Assembly: GCA_009103225.1 (NCBI GenBank)
Contig: RHPI01000810.1
Coordinates: 1,614,132 to 1,678,131, forward strand
Length of the DNA: 64,000 nt
From: Chlorokybus atmophyticus
Lineage: Eukaryota; Plantae; Mesostigma and Chlorokybus algae
Reading direction: 5' to 3'
The stretch's first letter is position 1, and the number at the start of each line of letters is the position of its first letter. The notes below the pieces were generated by a model. That model worked only from the letters and a program-made list of their open reading frames with translations, ran no database searches and was not told the DNA's origin. Made by a program: the position numbers and the translations under genes. Positions 62,627 through 64,000 of this stretch are shown here, piece by piece.

Positions 62627-63710
62627 GAACGCACGTATGTTGGAGTCCTGCCAGTCACACTCTGGCAGACTCAACGGATAGGTGGTGCAGTACTGGCCGG
62701 CATAGTAGGTGCCGCCCGCATGCAAGTCGCGGAGGGCGATATGGCGGCCGCAGCCTGCGATCACGGGAGAGGGTGTGCTGCACGTTGGAGGCAGTGCATT
62801 GGACGTGTTTGCAATTGTTCCCAAACAGTACGCAAATGTGCTGCCATCCTTCCTGGCTGCGACACCGTTCAGTAAGTGAGTATAACATAGCCTTGCATGC
62901 ACGTGCATGGCATGCCGAACACGAGAAGGGGGGGGGGGGGGGGGNATCCTTGCCTTGTGTGGATTCGATGGTGTTGACTTTGGAGGAGAAGTTGTAAAAG
63001 CCAGCGCTGTTCGTGGCGGTCCGGTACGAGCTGAGGCGATGGTCGAAGACTCTACCGTCGCGCTCCGTTGTGGTGCTGTAACAGGTGAGCTCCACGACGG
63101 CGTGCGCGAGGGGGACGTCGAGGCCGCCCTCGTTGATGCCGTTGCGCTCGCCGTCGTTGCATCTGTCGCAGAACACCCGCCCCGTCACCGTCGCATACAG
63201 TGCCGGGTTGCGAGCGTGCGGCGGCGGCGGGCTCGGCCGGAAGCCTGCCACCAGCGGGGGCTTCAAGGTGAGCTGGGTTTCACGCATAGCACGACGGCAC
63301 AGCGCAAAGCAAGGTTGGACAAGGCCCTGCGCGCATATCAGCATGCATGTAGCGCAACATGAACAAGATGGCTCGTTGGCGACGAGTCAGGGCGCCAATC
63401 AGGGCAAGAGCATGCATGCCAAGACACGCACGCTCTGCTTTCTGCTGCCCCAGCTACCTGCCCTAGCTAGCATTCTCTAGCCAGCTGTGCGGCGCCGATG
63501 CGAGGAGCACGTCACGTCAAGCAGCAAGGCCAGATGCCGCAGTAGTAGTACGTTAGTATGGCTCTTACCAGCGACGGCTGTTGCTCTGGCCATGAGGACA
63601 ACAAGCACGAGGAGGCACAGGAGCGAGAGCCTGCTGCTCCTGGGCGAGGTGGTTGAATCAAAGCGCCCGCCAATGATGCTGCTGCCGCCGCCGCCGCCGC
63701 CGCCTGACAT
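60563..63710 (-). CDS. Secreted protein with signal peptide, SPPPP and Ole e 1 / SdrD-B-like domain followed by unknown Cys-containing exons; 3' end uncertain; contains a G-run plus N gap
   Basis: RLSLLCLLVLVVLMARATAVA; RPSPPPPHAR; VTGRVFCDRCNDGERNGINEGGLDVPLAHAVVELTC...TATNSAGFYNF; open downstream exons at about 62900-62360, 62320-62120, 61995-61800, 61650-61430, 61330-61110. Confidence 0.65.
62574..62626. repeat. (GA)n microsatellite in an intron
   Basis: Direct inspection. Confidence 0.95.
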
Positions 63711-64000
63711 GCTTTGGCTCGCCGCCGGCAGTCGCCGCCAGGCCAAGCCAAGCTGCGACACACAACTATGTGCCGAGAAGTCTGTCAGGCGCGGTCACTC
63801 TTTTTCAAGCAAGGGGGTTGCTGCGCCAAAGCAATGCATAGGTAGCGTCAGACGCTGCGTCACTCGTTGGCGCGTGCGCAGAATCTACCTTGAATCGGCG
63901 TTGGCTGCCCTTTATGTTGCCAGTCACACCACCCAGCGAGCCAAATGTCATTTTATCCCGTGTTTGTTTTACTTGCTCTGGGGGTACCAGGGGTACAGTA

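Noticed and set aside
62928-62945. G-run plus N inside the last gene, read as PPPPP or GGGGG
   Set aside because: Same gap signature; not treated as coding sequence or a G-quadruplex

Overview
Eukaryotic nuclear DNA with intron-rich genes and CA/TG-rich introns. It is most likely a green alga with a flagellated stage. A basal streptophyte is my inference, from the plant-type AMP deaminase anchor, telo-boxes, ABRE-like boxes and an Ole e 1-like domain. 1-34 kb holds host genes: PHB2, an HMG-box/histone-fold protein, MYCBP, an RS-rich protein, RPN3, an EF-hand-like ORF overlapping CYB5D1, an ABC1 kinase, an acidic adaptor-motif protein, an anchored LEA-like protein and AMP deaminase. 35.6-55.8 kb is a Ty3/gypsy island with four parts: a gag remnant (A), a young chromovirus with an uninterrupted ORF but no protease (C), a degenerate gypsy carrying a C5 DNA methyltransferase upstream of RT and a PHD finger after integrase (B, the most striking signal), and an older chromovirus with a TSD (D). 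After a poly-C/N assembly gap come a NIDO plus tandem PKD-like gene and a secreted Ole e 1/SdrD-B-like gene. All domain calls are by motif recognition; no searches were run.
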